This document shows positions 44,799-54,342 of a stretch of 64,000 nt of DNA, in pieces; position 1 is the stretch's first letter; every line of letters begins with the position of its first letter. The notes beneath the pieces are model-generated. The model ran no database searches and was not told the origin of the DNA. It worked only from the letters and a program-made list of their open reading frames with translations. Source of the stretch: Trueperaceae bacterium. Its GTDB lineage: Bacteria > Deinococcota > Deinococci > Deinococcales > Trueperaceae. The stretch covers positions 1-64,000 of the forward strand of contig JBBDRK010000043.1 in NCBI GenBank assembly GCA_040905465.1, written 5' to 3'. Made by a program: the position numbers and the translations under genes.

Positions 44799-45383
44799 AT
44801 GGTAGACACCTCGTCGACGATGATGCCGTTGAACAGCCCGGCACCGCAGTTCTCGCTCATCGATGTGACCGGCGGGCAGGAAGTGCGGTCGACCGACTTC
44901 GAAGGGAGTCGAGGACTGCTGGTGATGTTCCTGTCGCGCCACTGTCCGTTCGTGAAACACGTGCAGCGGAAGGTGGCCGAACTGTGCAACTCCTATCTGG
45001 ACCGGGGGCTCGGCGTCGTTGCCATCTGCGCCAACGATGTCGAGCGCTACCCCGGAGACTCGCCGGATAACCTTCGCGAGCAGGCAGCAGAGCTCGGCTT
45101 TCGCTTCCCTTACCTGCACGACGAGTCGCAGGAGTGCGCGCGGGCCTACCGCGCGGCCTGTACCCCGGACTTTTTTCTGTTCGACGGCAGGCTCCGGTTG
45201 ACCTACCGCGGGCAGTTCGACAGCAGCCGGCCCGGCAACGACATCGAGGTGAGTGGCGAGGATCTGAACGCGGCGGTCGACGCCGTGCTGGCAGGGCGCG
45301 CCGGACCGGCCGATCAAAGGCCCAGTATGGGTTGCAACATCAAGTGGAAGCCGGGAAACGAACCGGAGTACTTTCTGACCTGA
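44799..45383 (+). CDS. Thioredoxin-fold (AhpC/TSA-like) protein
   Basis: LLVMFLSRHCPFV, FPYLHDESQ, AACTPDFF, YRGQFD, PSMGCNIKWK; AGGAGG RBS. Confidence 0.9.
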   Translation: MVDTSSTMMPLNSPAPQFSLIDVTGGQEVRSTDFEGSRGLLVMFLSRHCPFVKHVQRKVAELCNSYLDRGLGVVAICANDVERYPGDSPDNLREQAAELGFRFPYLHDESQECARAYRAACTPDFFLFDGRLRLTYRGQFDSSRPGNDIEVSGEDLNAAVDAVLAGRAGPADQRPSMGCNIKWKPGNEPEYFLT

Positions 45384-45424
45384 CCGCGCCGGGGCGGGCG
45401 TGCTCCGTTGGTTATCCTGCAACC

Positions 45425-45856
45425 ATGCTCAGCGATGAGAGTGTCCGGCTTGCCGTCGACGACGACGAGATCAATGCCTGCTTTCCGGTGATGAGGGAGT
45501 TGCGCACGCATCTCGACAAAGGGTCCTTCCTCTCTCGAGTGCGCACTCAGGAAAAGCAAGGGTACAGGCTCGCCTACGTCCGTAGAGATGGAGAGTGCGT
45601 GGCCGTGGCCGGCTTTCGAATTATCGAGAACCTCGCCTACGGGCGCTTGCTGTACGTGGACGACCTGGTTACCTCCGCTGCCCGGCGATCCACGGGCGTC
45701 GGGTCGGTGCTAATCGAATGGCTCGAAACCCATGCCCGGGAGCACGGCTGCGAGAGGTTGCATCTGGACTCGGGTACCCAGAGGACAGCTGCCCACCGGT
45801 TCTACATTCGTGGAGGGCTGGAGATAGTCAACTTCCACTTCGCAAAGAGGATTTGA
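45425..45856 (+). CDS. GNAT N-acetyltransferase
   Basis: FPVMRELR, VAGFR, LYVDDLVT, LHLDSG..AHRFY; ATG 6 nt after TATCCT. Confidence 0.9.
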   Translation: MLSDESVRLAVDDDEINACFPVMRELRTHLDKGSFLSRVRTQEKQGYRLAYVRRDGECVAVAGFRIIENLAYGRLLYVDDLVTSAARRSTGVGSVLIEWLETHAREHGCERLHLDSGTQRTAAHRFYIRGGLEIVNFHFAKRI

Positions 45857-45936
45857 AAGAGGATTTGACGGCGCGACAGCGTAAACGCCGGTAACGCCTT
45901 GGTCTGCCGCTGTTGAGCCACAACCTCGATCGGCGC

Positions 45937-46500
45937 TCAGGCGGCGTTCTCACCGCTCTTTGCGGCCACCCAGTCGATGCCGATTCCGGCCGCCGCCCGC
46001 AGCCGATCTGCGAGTTGCGCGGCGTGATGCTGCACGTGGCGCACGTTGATGATCTGGTGCTCGAGCTTCGAAAGTCGGTACCAATGGAAGCCACTGGTGG
46101 GGCTGTTCAGGTCCAGCGCATCGACGGCCCTATCCACCATCTGGTCGCAGTGGCGCCAGTACTCCAGCACCTGCTCGCGACTGTACGGTTCGGGCATCAA
46201 CGGCAGAGGGCTGTCCGGATCCGGCGGGCCCGATATGCCGTCCTCGTGTTGGACCTCGGACTGGTGCTGCTCCCAGGGGCGAAACGCCTCTTCGCTCTCC
46301 TGCAGGTACAGGTGGGTGAAGTACAAGGTGTGATACGCCACCTGCCAGAAAGCGTTCAAGTGCTCCCTGCCGTACCACGTGTCGTCCGGGCACAGCTCGA
46401 TGGCCTCCCTGAGCATCTCCAGCGACGCATGATACTGGCTCTTCAGCACGGTTCGGAACGAGTCCGCGGTGAAACCACGCGATAGTTCTTGCCTGCTCAT
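45937..46500 (-). CDS. DinB family protein
   Basis: SQY.ASLEML..AIELCP, FWQVAYH, NVRHVQHHAAQL; AAGGAG RBS. Confidence 0.85.
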   Translation of the reverse strand: MSRQELSRGFTADSFRTVLKSQYHASLEMLREAIELCPDDTWYGREHLNAFWQVAYHTLYFTHLYLQESEEAFRPWEQHQSEVQHEDGISGPPDPDSPLPLMPEPYSREQVLEYWRHCDQMVDRAVDALDLNSPTSGFHWYRLSKLEHQIINVRHVQHHAAQLADRLRAAAGIGIDWVAAKSGENAA

Positions 46501-46552
46501 GGCACACTCCTTATCGGCCTGCTTCGGCACTTCCGGGTGGACGTCGGCGATT

Positions 46553-47452
46553 TTACCGTCCCAGGCTGCTCGAGCGCCGCGGGTCGAAGGCGTCGCGTAG
46601 CCCGTCGCCGATCGCGTTCACCGAGATCACGGTAAGGAAGATCATCAGGCCCGGAAAGACCGCCAGCAGCGGCTGCCGGGTCATATACGTCTGGGCGTCC
46701 TTGAGCATGTTGCCCCAGGTCGCGGTGGGCGGCTGGATACCGAAGCCGAGGTACGACAGCCCCGACTCGGCGATGATGGCTACGGCAACCTGCAGGGTCG
46801 CCTGAACCAGGAGCGGACCGATGGCGTTCGGGAGGATGTGACGCGCCATCAATCGGCCGTGACGTGCTCCGTAGGCGCGGGCGGCCTCCACGAACTCGCG
46901 CTCGCGTATTGCCAGGAAGCTCGAGCGGACGATCCGCGCGACAGTCATCCAGGAGAGCACCGCGATGATGACGACAATCAGCAGCATGCCTCCGAATGCG
47001 TTCAGGAGCGGATGCCCGATCAGCAGAGTGGAGAGCACTATCAGCACGAACAGCGATGGCAGGCTCAGGAACAGGTCGGTCGGGCGCATGAGGAGGCTGT
47101 CGACCCAGCCGCCGAAGTAGCCTGCCATTCCGCCGATCAGAGTCCCTACGGCGATTGCCAGCCCCATGGCCAGCCCGCCGACCGCCAGCGAGACGCGTCC
47201 GCCGAAAAGCACTCTGGTGAGTACGTCGCGGCCGAGATCGTCGGTGCCGAACGGGTGACTGAGGCTCGGGGGCTCGAAGCGCTTCCGTAGGGAGATGCCG
47301 TCGGGATCGTATGGCGAGAAGTGCGCGAAGGTTACCGCCAGGAGGATCAGCGTGAGCGTTGCAAGTCCCGCCAGCGCCAACCGGTTGCGCACGAAGGCCC
47401 GGGCGGAGCGCGGCAGCCGGGGCGGTCCCGGTCGTTGGGCAACGCTAGTCAT
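46553..47452 (-). CDS. Dpp/Opp-family ABC permease (DppC-like)
   Basis: HPFGTDDLGRD, EFVEAARAYGA, HILPN, WGNML, GDGLRDAFDP. Confidence 0.93.
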   Translation of the reverse strand: MTSVAQRPGPPRLPRSARAFVRNRLALAGLATLTLILLAVTFAHFSPYDPDGISLRKRFEPPSLSHPFGTDDLGRDVLTRVLFGGRVSLAVGGLAMGLAIAVGTLIGGMAGYFGGWVDSLLMRPTDLFLSLPSLFVLIVLSTLLIGHPLLNAFGGMLLIVVIIAVLSWMTVARIVRSSFLAIREREFVEAARAYGARHGRLMARHILPNAIGPLLVQATLQVAVAIIAESGLSYLGFGIQPPTATWGNMLKDAQTYMTRQPLLAVFPGLMIFLTVISVNAIGDGLRDAFDPRRSSSLGR

Positions 47453-48419
47453 AACGGATCCGGGGATCGAGATAGGCGTAGGCGAGGTCGGCCAGAAGAT
47501 TCGACAGCACGATGAGAGCCGAGGTGAGCATCACTACCGCCATCAGGATCGGGTAGTCGCGCCGCAACGCCGACTGGTAGAAGAGCCGCCCCATTCCTGG
47601 CCAGGAGAAGATCGTCTCCGTGAACAGGGCGCCCGAGAAGATCATCGGCAGGTCCAGGCCGATGAGCGTGACGAGCGGGAGCGAGGCGTTCTTGAGGGCG
47701 TGACGGTAGACGACTGCCCTTTCCGGCAGGCCTTTGGCTCGAGCCGTGCGAACGTAGTCCTGCGACAGTGTCTCGAGCATCGAACCGCGCAGGAAGCGGG
47801 TGTACCAGGCTACCCAGCTTCCGGTGAGCATGGTGACGGGCAGTACCAGGTGCCAGGCGCGATTCACCAGAGAACGCTCGCGATCGATGTCGAACATGCC
47901 GGCGGCGGGGAAGAGCGGTCCTCCCGTGAACGGGTTCGACAGTGCCAGGTAGAAGACCAGGATCAGCAGCAAACCGAACCAGAAGATCGGGATCGACTGG
48001 CCCATGAAAGCCAGGGTGGTGACCACCTGGTCGAAGGTCGAGTACGGGCGTACCGCGCTCAATACCCCCACCGGAATTGCGACGAGCAGCGTCACGGCGA
48101 ACGCGATTCCCACCAGGAGCGCGGTATTGGGCAAGCGGTCGATGATCTCCGTCATCACGGGCCGGCCAGTCTGCAGAGAGGTCCCGAAGTCCCCGCGAAG
48201 GACGGCGCCGGCCCACCTTCCGTATTGCACAAGCCAGGGATCGTCGAGGCCTCGCTCGGCCGCCCTGCGGGTGATGTCCTCGGGCCGAATCGTGGGGTCA
48301 CGTTCCAGTTGCGACAGCGGATTGCCGGGACTCGCCTGGAGGAGCGCGTACACCAGCAGACTCAGCAGCAACAGCAGCGGCAGTGCCTCGAGGATTCGCC
48401 GGGTCAGGTAGCGACCCAT
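47445..48419 (-). CDS. Dpp/Opp-family ABC permease (DppB-like)
   Basis: GDFGTS, DYVRTARAKG, HALKNA, FSWPGMG, RDYP, LDPRI. Confidence 0.93.
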   Translation of the reverse strand: MGRYLTRRILEALPLLLLLSLLVYALLQASPGNPLSQLERDPTIRPEDITRRAAERGLDDPWLVQYGRWAGAVLRGDFGTSLQTGRPVMTEIIDRLPNTALLVGIAFAVTLLVAIPVGVLSAVRPYSTFDQVVTTLAFMGQSIPIFWFGLLLILVFYLALSNPFTGGPLFPAAGMFDIDRERSLVNRAWHLVLPVTMLTGSWVAWYTRFLRGSMLETLSQDYVRTARAKGLPERAVVYRHALKNASLPLVTLIGLDLPMIFSGALFTETIFSWPGMGRLFYQSALRRDYPILMAVVMLTSALIVLSNLLADLAYAYLDPRIRYD

Positions 48420-48465
48420 TCGCCCCTTGCCTCCGCATCGCCCAAAGGCGCCGTCGCCACAGAGG

Positions 48466-48493
48466 CAGGGGCAGGCCGCGAAGCCTGCCCCTG
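48466..48493 (-). terminator. Stem-loop after the SBP gene
   Basis: CAGGGGCAGGC-cgcgaa-GCCTGCCCCTG, 11-bp perfect stem. Confidence 0.55.
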
Positions 48494-48513
48494 TGACTGC
48501 AGTTTCGGTTCGC

Positions 48514-50180
48514 TTACTCCAGCCACCAGTTCTCGATATCCCAGCTGATCCCGGCCCAGGTACTTGGCGTCACGCCCTGGAGGCGGTTGGCGAGCGTGTG
48601 ACCATCCTGGAACTGGTAGAGGTAGACCTGCGGAAGCTCCTCGTTCACCAGTTCCGCCACTTCGCAGTACGCTGCCCGGCGCTCGTTGAGCGAAGGCTCG
48701 CCGGCAGCCGCGGACAGCAACTCGTCGGTCCGGTCGTTTGCCCAGCGGCTGTAGTTGCCGCCTGCGCCAGCGTTCTCTTCGCTGGGAATGCGGCTCGAGT
48801 GAAGCAGGTCGAACACGTGGATCTGCGGGTTGATGCCGGCGCCGGTGTCGTAGATGAGGATGTCGAAGTCACCGATCTTGCGCGCCGCGCGGTCCGACCA
48901 GCCGCCGAACAGGACGCTCTGCTCGACATTGCGCACCTCGATGTCGAAGCCGATGTCGGCGAGCAGGTCGGCGATTACCAGCTCGGTCTGCTCCAGCAGG
49001 CGGAAGTCGGTGTAGCCGACCATCTCGAGCCGCAGCGGGGTACCGTCGGGGGCGTACGGCGCACCCACTGCGCACCCACTGCCTCGCGTACGCCGTCGCC
49101 GTCGGTGTCCACCCAGCCGGCCTCATCGAGCAGCGCTCGCGCCCGCTCCGGGTCGAACGCATAACCCTCCGTTCCGCAGTCGTACCAGCCGAGCGCAAAC
49201 GGGCTGGTGGCACGCTTCACCCGACCCTCGGCCAATTCTTCGGTGAGGAGGTCGTAGTCGATTCCGTGGGCTATCGCCTGACGGACACGTTGGTCACCGA
49301 GGACGGGATGCGGGTCCTGGCCGGTGGTCGGGTTGCCGCGTTCGCCAAGGTTGAGGAACATGCGCAGTACCCAGATAGAGGGAACCAGTTCGTAGCGGGT
49401 CTGCGGCGACTCCTGAAAGATCTCGCGCTGGGTGGCGCTCGGCCACAGCATCCGCTGTGCGTCTCCCCGGGTCATCATGGCCGCTCTGGTGTCTTCGCTC
49501 GGTACCACCTGGAAGACCACGCGGTCGAGGTACGCCTCTCCGTGATAGTTCTCGTTTCGCGTCAGGACGATCCTGTCGCCGGTGCTCCAGCTCTGCAAGG
49601 CGAACGGTCCCGTACCCACGGGCTCGCGATTGAATTCCCAGTTGGCGATCTCTTCCGGTGCGCCGGCGGCGTGCCTAGGCAGGATTCCCCATTGGAACTG
49701 GTCGAAATAGGATGAGTCGAACTCGGAGTAGCGCACCTGCACCGTCGTATCGTCGATGGCCTCGACCGAGACCACTCGCTCGAAAGCTCCGGAGCGGACG
49801 GATCCCGTGGCGGTGGCCGACTCGTAGGTGAAGACCACGTCGTCGGCGGTCACCGGTTCGCCATCCGACCAAAGCAGGCCGTCGCGAAGCCGCCAGGTAA
49901 TAAGCAGGCCCTCCTCGCCTATGCCGCCGTTGTCGCGAGTCGGAATCTCGGAAACCAGCACCGGTTGGTACTGACCGTCGGCGTCTACCTCCACCAGCGG
50001 TTCGATGATGGCCGGCGTGACCTGAAGCGCGATGAAGGCGGTCGACACGTAAGGGTTCAGCGTCGGCAGATCCTCAGGCAGCAGCACCGTGGCGGTGCCG
50101 CCCTATTGCTGGGCCAGCGATGTGCCGGTGAAGGCGATAGTCGAAGCGACGAGGGCGAGACGTACGGCTAAACGACGCAT
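48514..50180 (-). pseudogene. Family 5 (peptide/nickel) ABC substrate-binding protein with a nonsense codon and a frameshift
   Basis: MRRLAVRLALVASTIAFTGTSLAQQ*GGT (TAG at 50105-50103). An 11-bp duplication at 49060-49081 splits GVREAVG|APYAPDG. WSDGEPVTADDV and GTGPF motifs present. Confidence 0.88.
49060..49081. repeat. 11-bp perfect tandem duplication
   Basis: CGCACCCACTG CGCACCCACTG. Confidence 0.95.
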
Positions 50181-50193
50181 ATGTTCCCCTTCC

Positions 50194-51261
50194 CTAAACC
50201 GGGTCGCACGAAACCTCGATCCTTGATTCCGAAGCGTTCAGCCGGGAAACCCGACATCTTGTTGGAGTATCGGCGAACACGGCGCTCTCTCCTTTCGCCA
50301 ACGAGCTGGAGAAGTGCTCTTCGAGGTGCGAGCTGATTTCGTAGCGAAAGGCCCAGTCCTTCAAGCGGTCTCGCAATCCGGGTGCCCCATCCTCCTGCGC
50401 CCAACTGGGCAGGACTGTCGTCAGATGAGTGCACTTGGCGGGATAGAGATACGACTCGAACGTGATGTCGTCCCCGTCTGCCAGCATCGCTTCGCTAAGA
50501 TCATCGACAACCTCATGGGATACGTGAACAGGTATCTCCGCCCGCCGTGAAACTTCCAAGGTTTCCCGCCAGGCCCCCTCGCGACCTAAGCGGTTGTAAC
50601 GGATGTGGGCGGCATAGATCCCGCCCATCTCCCTGGTCGTTTTCGCCAGTTCGATGAGCTCATCGGTGGTGGCGAACGCGCTCGGCTGGTAGTCGAGGCC
50701 GAGACACAGGGAGACGGCGCCAGCATCCATCCATTGAGCGACCAGTTCCTTCATACGTTCGAGCTCGGAAGATGTCGGGCCGCGATTGTCCCAACCCACG
50801 GTCGCGGTACGCAGGGCGCAGTGCGGAACCTGAGGAACCAGATTGCCCGGGATTCCGCGGTCGAAGAGGCTCAGGTAGCTCTCTACGGTAGGGAACTCGG
50901 ACCGGGGCTGTCGCATGCCGACGGAGAAGTACAGCGTGTCCCACAGGGCGGCTGCGTCGGCACTGCCGAGTGGAGCCCAACCGAATCCGTCCGGGGCCAT
51001 TAGTTGCGTTGTCACTCCTTGCAGCAAGCCGGCGTGGCGGTGCTTGCCGCCCAACAGGGCGATCTCGGAATGTACATGCACATCGATGAACCCGGGAGCT
51101 ATGGTCAGGCCCGAGGCGTCGATCACTCTTGCGGCCGCGGCGTTCGCCAGATCCCCTACCGCCTGTATACGGCCACCGTTGATGCCCACATCGGCCCTTT
51201 CGGGGCGGTCGTGCCGTTCACCGCCGACTACCTCGCCACCTTGAATGAGAACGTCGAACAT
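50194..51261 (-). pseudogene. N-acyl-D-amino-acid deacylase family amidohydrolase, internally deleted and truncated
   Basis: APGFIDVHVHS, QGVTT, YAAHIR, VHVSH, YLY. After DTPT the sequence jumps out of frame to the late motif KMSGFPAERFGIKDRG..RPG and then runs into the next RBS. Confidence 0.78.
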
Positions 51262-51366
51262 CAGGTTATCTCCGGTCGACCTCGGCGAAGTGGGCCCGCA
51301 TGGCGTGCCGGCCGCACCCTCACCCCAAACAGCTTGCGTCCGCCCAGCCAGGTACTGCCTGTTCCC

Positions 51367-52047
51367 CTACCGCCGCTCGCGCGGCTCGCCACCGGCCGCG
51401 ATCGCCGACATCAGTATGGAGGCGCGCTCCCCGACATTTCCCCGACGGAACAGGGCGCTTCCCGTCACGAAAACCTCGGCACCGCTCTCTGCCAGCTCCG
51501 CTATGTTGCTTTCGTCGACGCCGCCGTCAACCGAGATCAGGAACTCGGCACCTCGGGCTCGCCTCATCTCGGCGGCTCGTCTGACCTTCGACACGGCATT
51601 GGGGATGAAGGATGCGCCGCCGTAGCCAGGATTGACGCTCATTATGAGCAGGACGTCGATTGCCTCGACCAATTCCGCTATCGCTTCTACCGGTGTAGCG
51701 GGATTGATCGCGAGTCCGGCCTTCCGGCCCGCCTGACGGATTTTGGTCAAGTGCCTATGGTGGTGTTGGCCGGCCTCCATATGGATGGTCACCCAGTCCG
51801 CACCAGCGTCGATGTAGGTGTCGATGTAGTATTGCGGCTCCGTCAGCATCAGATGGACGTCGAACACGGCGTTTGTGAGGGGTCGGAGCGCTGCTGCCGT
51901 GTCGGGCCCAAAGGCGATGTTGGGGACGAAGTGTCCGTCCATTGCATCTATGTGGAAGTGGTCGATGCCTTCATCGAGTGCGGCACGGAGATCCCGTTCG
52001 AGATTGAGCGGATCGGCGCCCAGCAGCGACGCAGCCAAACGCTTCAA
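51367..52047 (-). CDS. rpe: Ribulose-phosphate 3-epimerase family, paralog 1
   Basis: HIDAMDGHFVPN, DVHLM, MSVNPG, SVDGG. Confidence 0.88.
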   Translation of the reverse strand: MKRLAASLLGADPLNLERDLRAALDEGIDHFHIDAMDGHFVPNIAFGPDTAAALRPLTNAVFDVHLMLTEPQYYIDTYIDAGADWVTIHMEAGQHHHRHLTKIRQAGRKAGLAINPATPVEAIAELVEAIDVLLIMSVNPGYGGASFIPNAVSKVRRAAEMRRARGAEFLISVDGGVDESNIAELAESGAEVFVTGSALFRRGNVGERASILMSAIAAGGEPRERR

Positions 52048-52357
52048 GGTCTCCGCCGGCCTTCCGTGCCAAGTCGGTCGCGCCGCCGTTCAACCGTGCC
52101 GTGCCGGCCGGAGTTCAGGCGAAACGAGCAAGTTCGTACGCTTGCGATCATGAACTGTGCACCTCCTCGCCTTTGCCCTCGAGTCACACAATCCCCTATT
52201 CGGAGAGAGCGGACCGCTGTCCCAGTCGCAGTGTACACTTCTCCGCTCGCCGCCCTCGAACCGGCATCCCCTCAAGGGTCGGCGGCCGAGGGGCGAGGCG
52301 GCCTGTTGCACCTGCCAGGGCCCACGAGTTGATTGCGTCGACTTCGGCATGCTCGGA

Positions 52358-52375
52358 TGTGATCATCTGTGCACA
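52358..52375. promoter_or_regulatory. Imperfect palindrome, candidate operator
   Basis: TGTGATCATCTGTGCACA (TGTGnnCAnnTGnnCACA). Confidence 0.4.
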
Positions 52376-52617
52376 GGCGAACCGACGCGGTTTCTTCCGG
52401 TGGAGTTGTGGGCCAACATGAACTTTCGTTACGTCACTCGTATCCCGCACCGTTCGACCGAGTGTTGTGGATTTGCATTGGCTGGCGTGCAGGACAGGAA
52501 CAACCTGCGTCACGTGCCTCTCGCCGAACCGTTCGGACGGTGGCAGGCCAGCTCCCCCAAGGCAGCCACGGTGGCTGTTTCGAGCGTTCCTCGGCGCCTC
52601 CGAGGGCGAAGGGCATC

Positions 52618-52637
52618 TGTGGACAAATATGGCCACA
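52618..52637. promoter_or_regulatory. 20-bp palindrome, candidate operator upstream of the ABC/kinase operon
   Basis: TGTGGACAAATATGGCCACA, 16/20 self-complementary. Confidence 0.55.
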
Positions 52638-52778
52638 GTCTGATAGGCTTTGAGCACTCAGCAGGATGTTTCTAGTTGGCCCGGACACCGCGGTAAGTCC
52701 GATTCAGGTCCAGAGGAGGGGACGACTACACCGGTAGAGAGATGCTGAGGACGCTTCGCTCAGGATAGAGGAGGAGTC

Positions 52779-54278
52779 GTGAAGAGAACCTTATTTATCG
52801 TGCTCGTGTGCCTTGTGCTGGTGCCTTCGTTCGCGTTCGCACAGAAGACGCTGAGATTCGGCATCCCGGTCGACCCGATCAATCTCGATCCGGCCCAGAT
52901 GAGTCACATGGTCGCCCACCGCTTCGTAGCCTTCATGTACCCGAGCCTGTTGCAGTACGACAACGAACTGGCCCTGATACCCGACCTCGCCGAGAGCTTC
53001 CAGATCATAGACGACACTACGTATGAGTTCACGCTTCGCGACGGGATCACGTTCCACCACGGTGAAGAGATAACGTCGGAACACGTCAAGTTCTCGATCG
53101 AAAGGCTTCTGGACCCTGCCGTTCCCTCACCTGAAGCCTTCGAGCTTGCACCGATCACCGAAGTCGAGATTATCGATGATCGCACCTTCCGGCTGGTCAC
53201 CGAGGAGCCGTTTGCCCCGATTCTTCACGGGATCGCCTTCGGCCTGGGCATTCACTCGCCGGAAACGGTCGAGCAGTTCGGTGACTTGCGGTTTCAGGGC
53301 TCCGGTACCGGACCCTTCCAGCTCGTCGAGTACCGGGCGGATGAGATCGTGATCTTCGAGAGATACGAAGGCTACGACGGACCGCAGCCGGCGCTCGATC
53401 GCATCGAGTTCCACGTCATAGCCGACGATGTCGCGCGTTCGACCGCACTGACCGCCGGCGACCTCGACGCCGCACGATTCCTGTCGACGCGGGCTGTCCT
53501 GCCGCTGCGCGGCGTACAGGGACTGACGGTGAACTACACGGGTCAGCCCTCTATCAGCCACTTCCATCTGAACACGCGCCGCGAGCCGTTCGATGACCAG
53601 CGTGTCCGGCTGGCGATGAGCTGCGCATTGGATCGGCAGGCTATCGCCGATATCATCTTCAGCGGCGATGCCGAACCGACCGGTCCGATTCCTCCCTCGA
53701 TGGGTGCCTGGGCGCTTCCGGTCGAGGAGTTCGAATGCTACACCCAGGACCTGGATCGCTCGCGTGAACTCCTGGCGGAGGCAGGTTATCCGGACGGCTT
53801 CTCCAGCACCATGATCGGCAGAGCCGACAACAGCACCGACATCGATCAGTTGCAGATGATGGCCGAGCAGTTCGCGCAGGTCGGAATCGACATGGAGATC
53901 CGTCAGATCGAGTGGGGCGAGATGCTCGACCTCTGGATAACCCAGAAGAACTTCGACACTCTGCTGATCGGTTCCTCTACCGGTCGCGATCCGGACGCCA
54001 ACTTCTTCCGGCGATTCCACTCCGAGTCGGACAGGAACACCGTCGGCTACGAGAACCCGGAAGTCGACGAGCTGATGGAACGGGGCCGCACCACGATCGA
54101 CTTTGATGAGCGCTACGAGATCTACGCCGAGCTCCAGCGCATCATCACCACCGATTCACCCAAGATCTTCACCGTCCAGCTTCCCCTCTACGACGTGTTC
54201 TGGGACCATGTCGAAAATTGGGAGACTCATCCCATGGGCATGTACTACTTCCTCGACGAGGTAGACCTCCAAGAGTAG
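52779..54278 (+). CDS. Family 5 ABC substrate-binding protein
   Basis: Signal peptide AFAQ, LDP, PDLAES, GTGPF, PFDDQRVRLA; GAGGAG RBS. Confidence 0.93.
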   Translation: MKRTLFIVLVCLVLVPSFAFAQKTLRFGIPVDPINLDPAQMSHMVAHRFVAFMYPSLLQYDNELALIPDLAESFQIIDDTTYEFTLRDGITFHHGEEITSEHVKFSIERLLDPAVPSPEAFELAPITEVEIIDDRTFRLVTEEPFAPILHGIAFGLGIHSPETVEQFGDLRFQGSGTGPFQLVEYRADEIVIFERYEGYDGPQPALDRIEFHVIADDVARSTALTAGDLDAARFLSTRAVLPLRGVQGLTVNYTGQPSISHFHLNTRREPFDDQRVRLAMSCALDRQAIADIIFSGDAEPTGPIPPSMGAWALPVEEFECYTQDLDRSRELLAEAGYPDGFSSTMIGRADNSTDIDQLQMMAEQFAQVGIDMEIRQIEWGEMLDLWITQKNFDTLLIGSSTGRDPDANFFRRFHSESDRNTVGYENPEVDELMERGRTTIDFDERYEIYAELQRIITTDSPKIFTVQLPLYDVFWDHVENWETHPMGMYYFLDEVDLQE

Positions 54279-54285
54279 GGGCTGT

Positions 54286-54325
54286 TGCGTCTGGCGCCGG
54301 CCGATCTGAACCGGTGCCAGACGCA
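54286..54325 (+). terminator. Stem-loop after the SBP gene
   Basis: TGCGTCTGGCGCCGG-N10-CCGGTGCCAGACGCA, 15-bp stem with one G-U pair. Confidence 0.6.
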
Positions 54326-54342
54326 CCTTCATATCTTCAGTC

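Noticed and set aside
43830-45383. 517-aa ORF suggesting a long thioredoxin fusion
   Set aside because: The N-terminal part is an Arg-rich off-frame overlap with the ALDH; the real start is ATG 44799 with an AGGAGG RBS.
45881-45898. GTAAACGCCG-GTAACGCC as a fourth SARP box
   Set aside because: The period is 10 rather than 11, it lies between convergent gene ends, and no -10 follows.
52044-52688. Short ORFs in the rpe/ABC intergenic region
   Set aside because: Mutually overlapping, with no RBS, motifs or typical codon bias.
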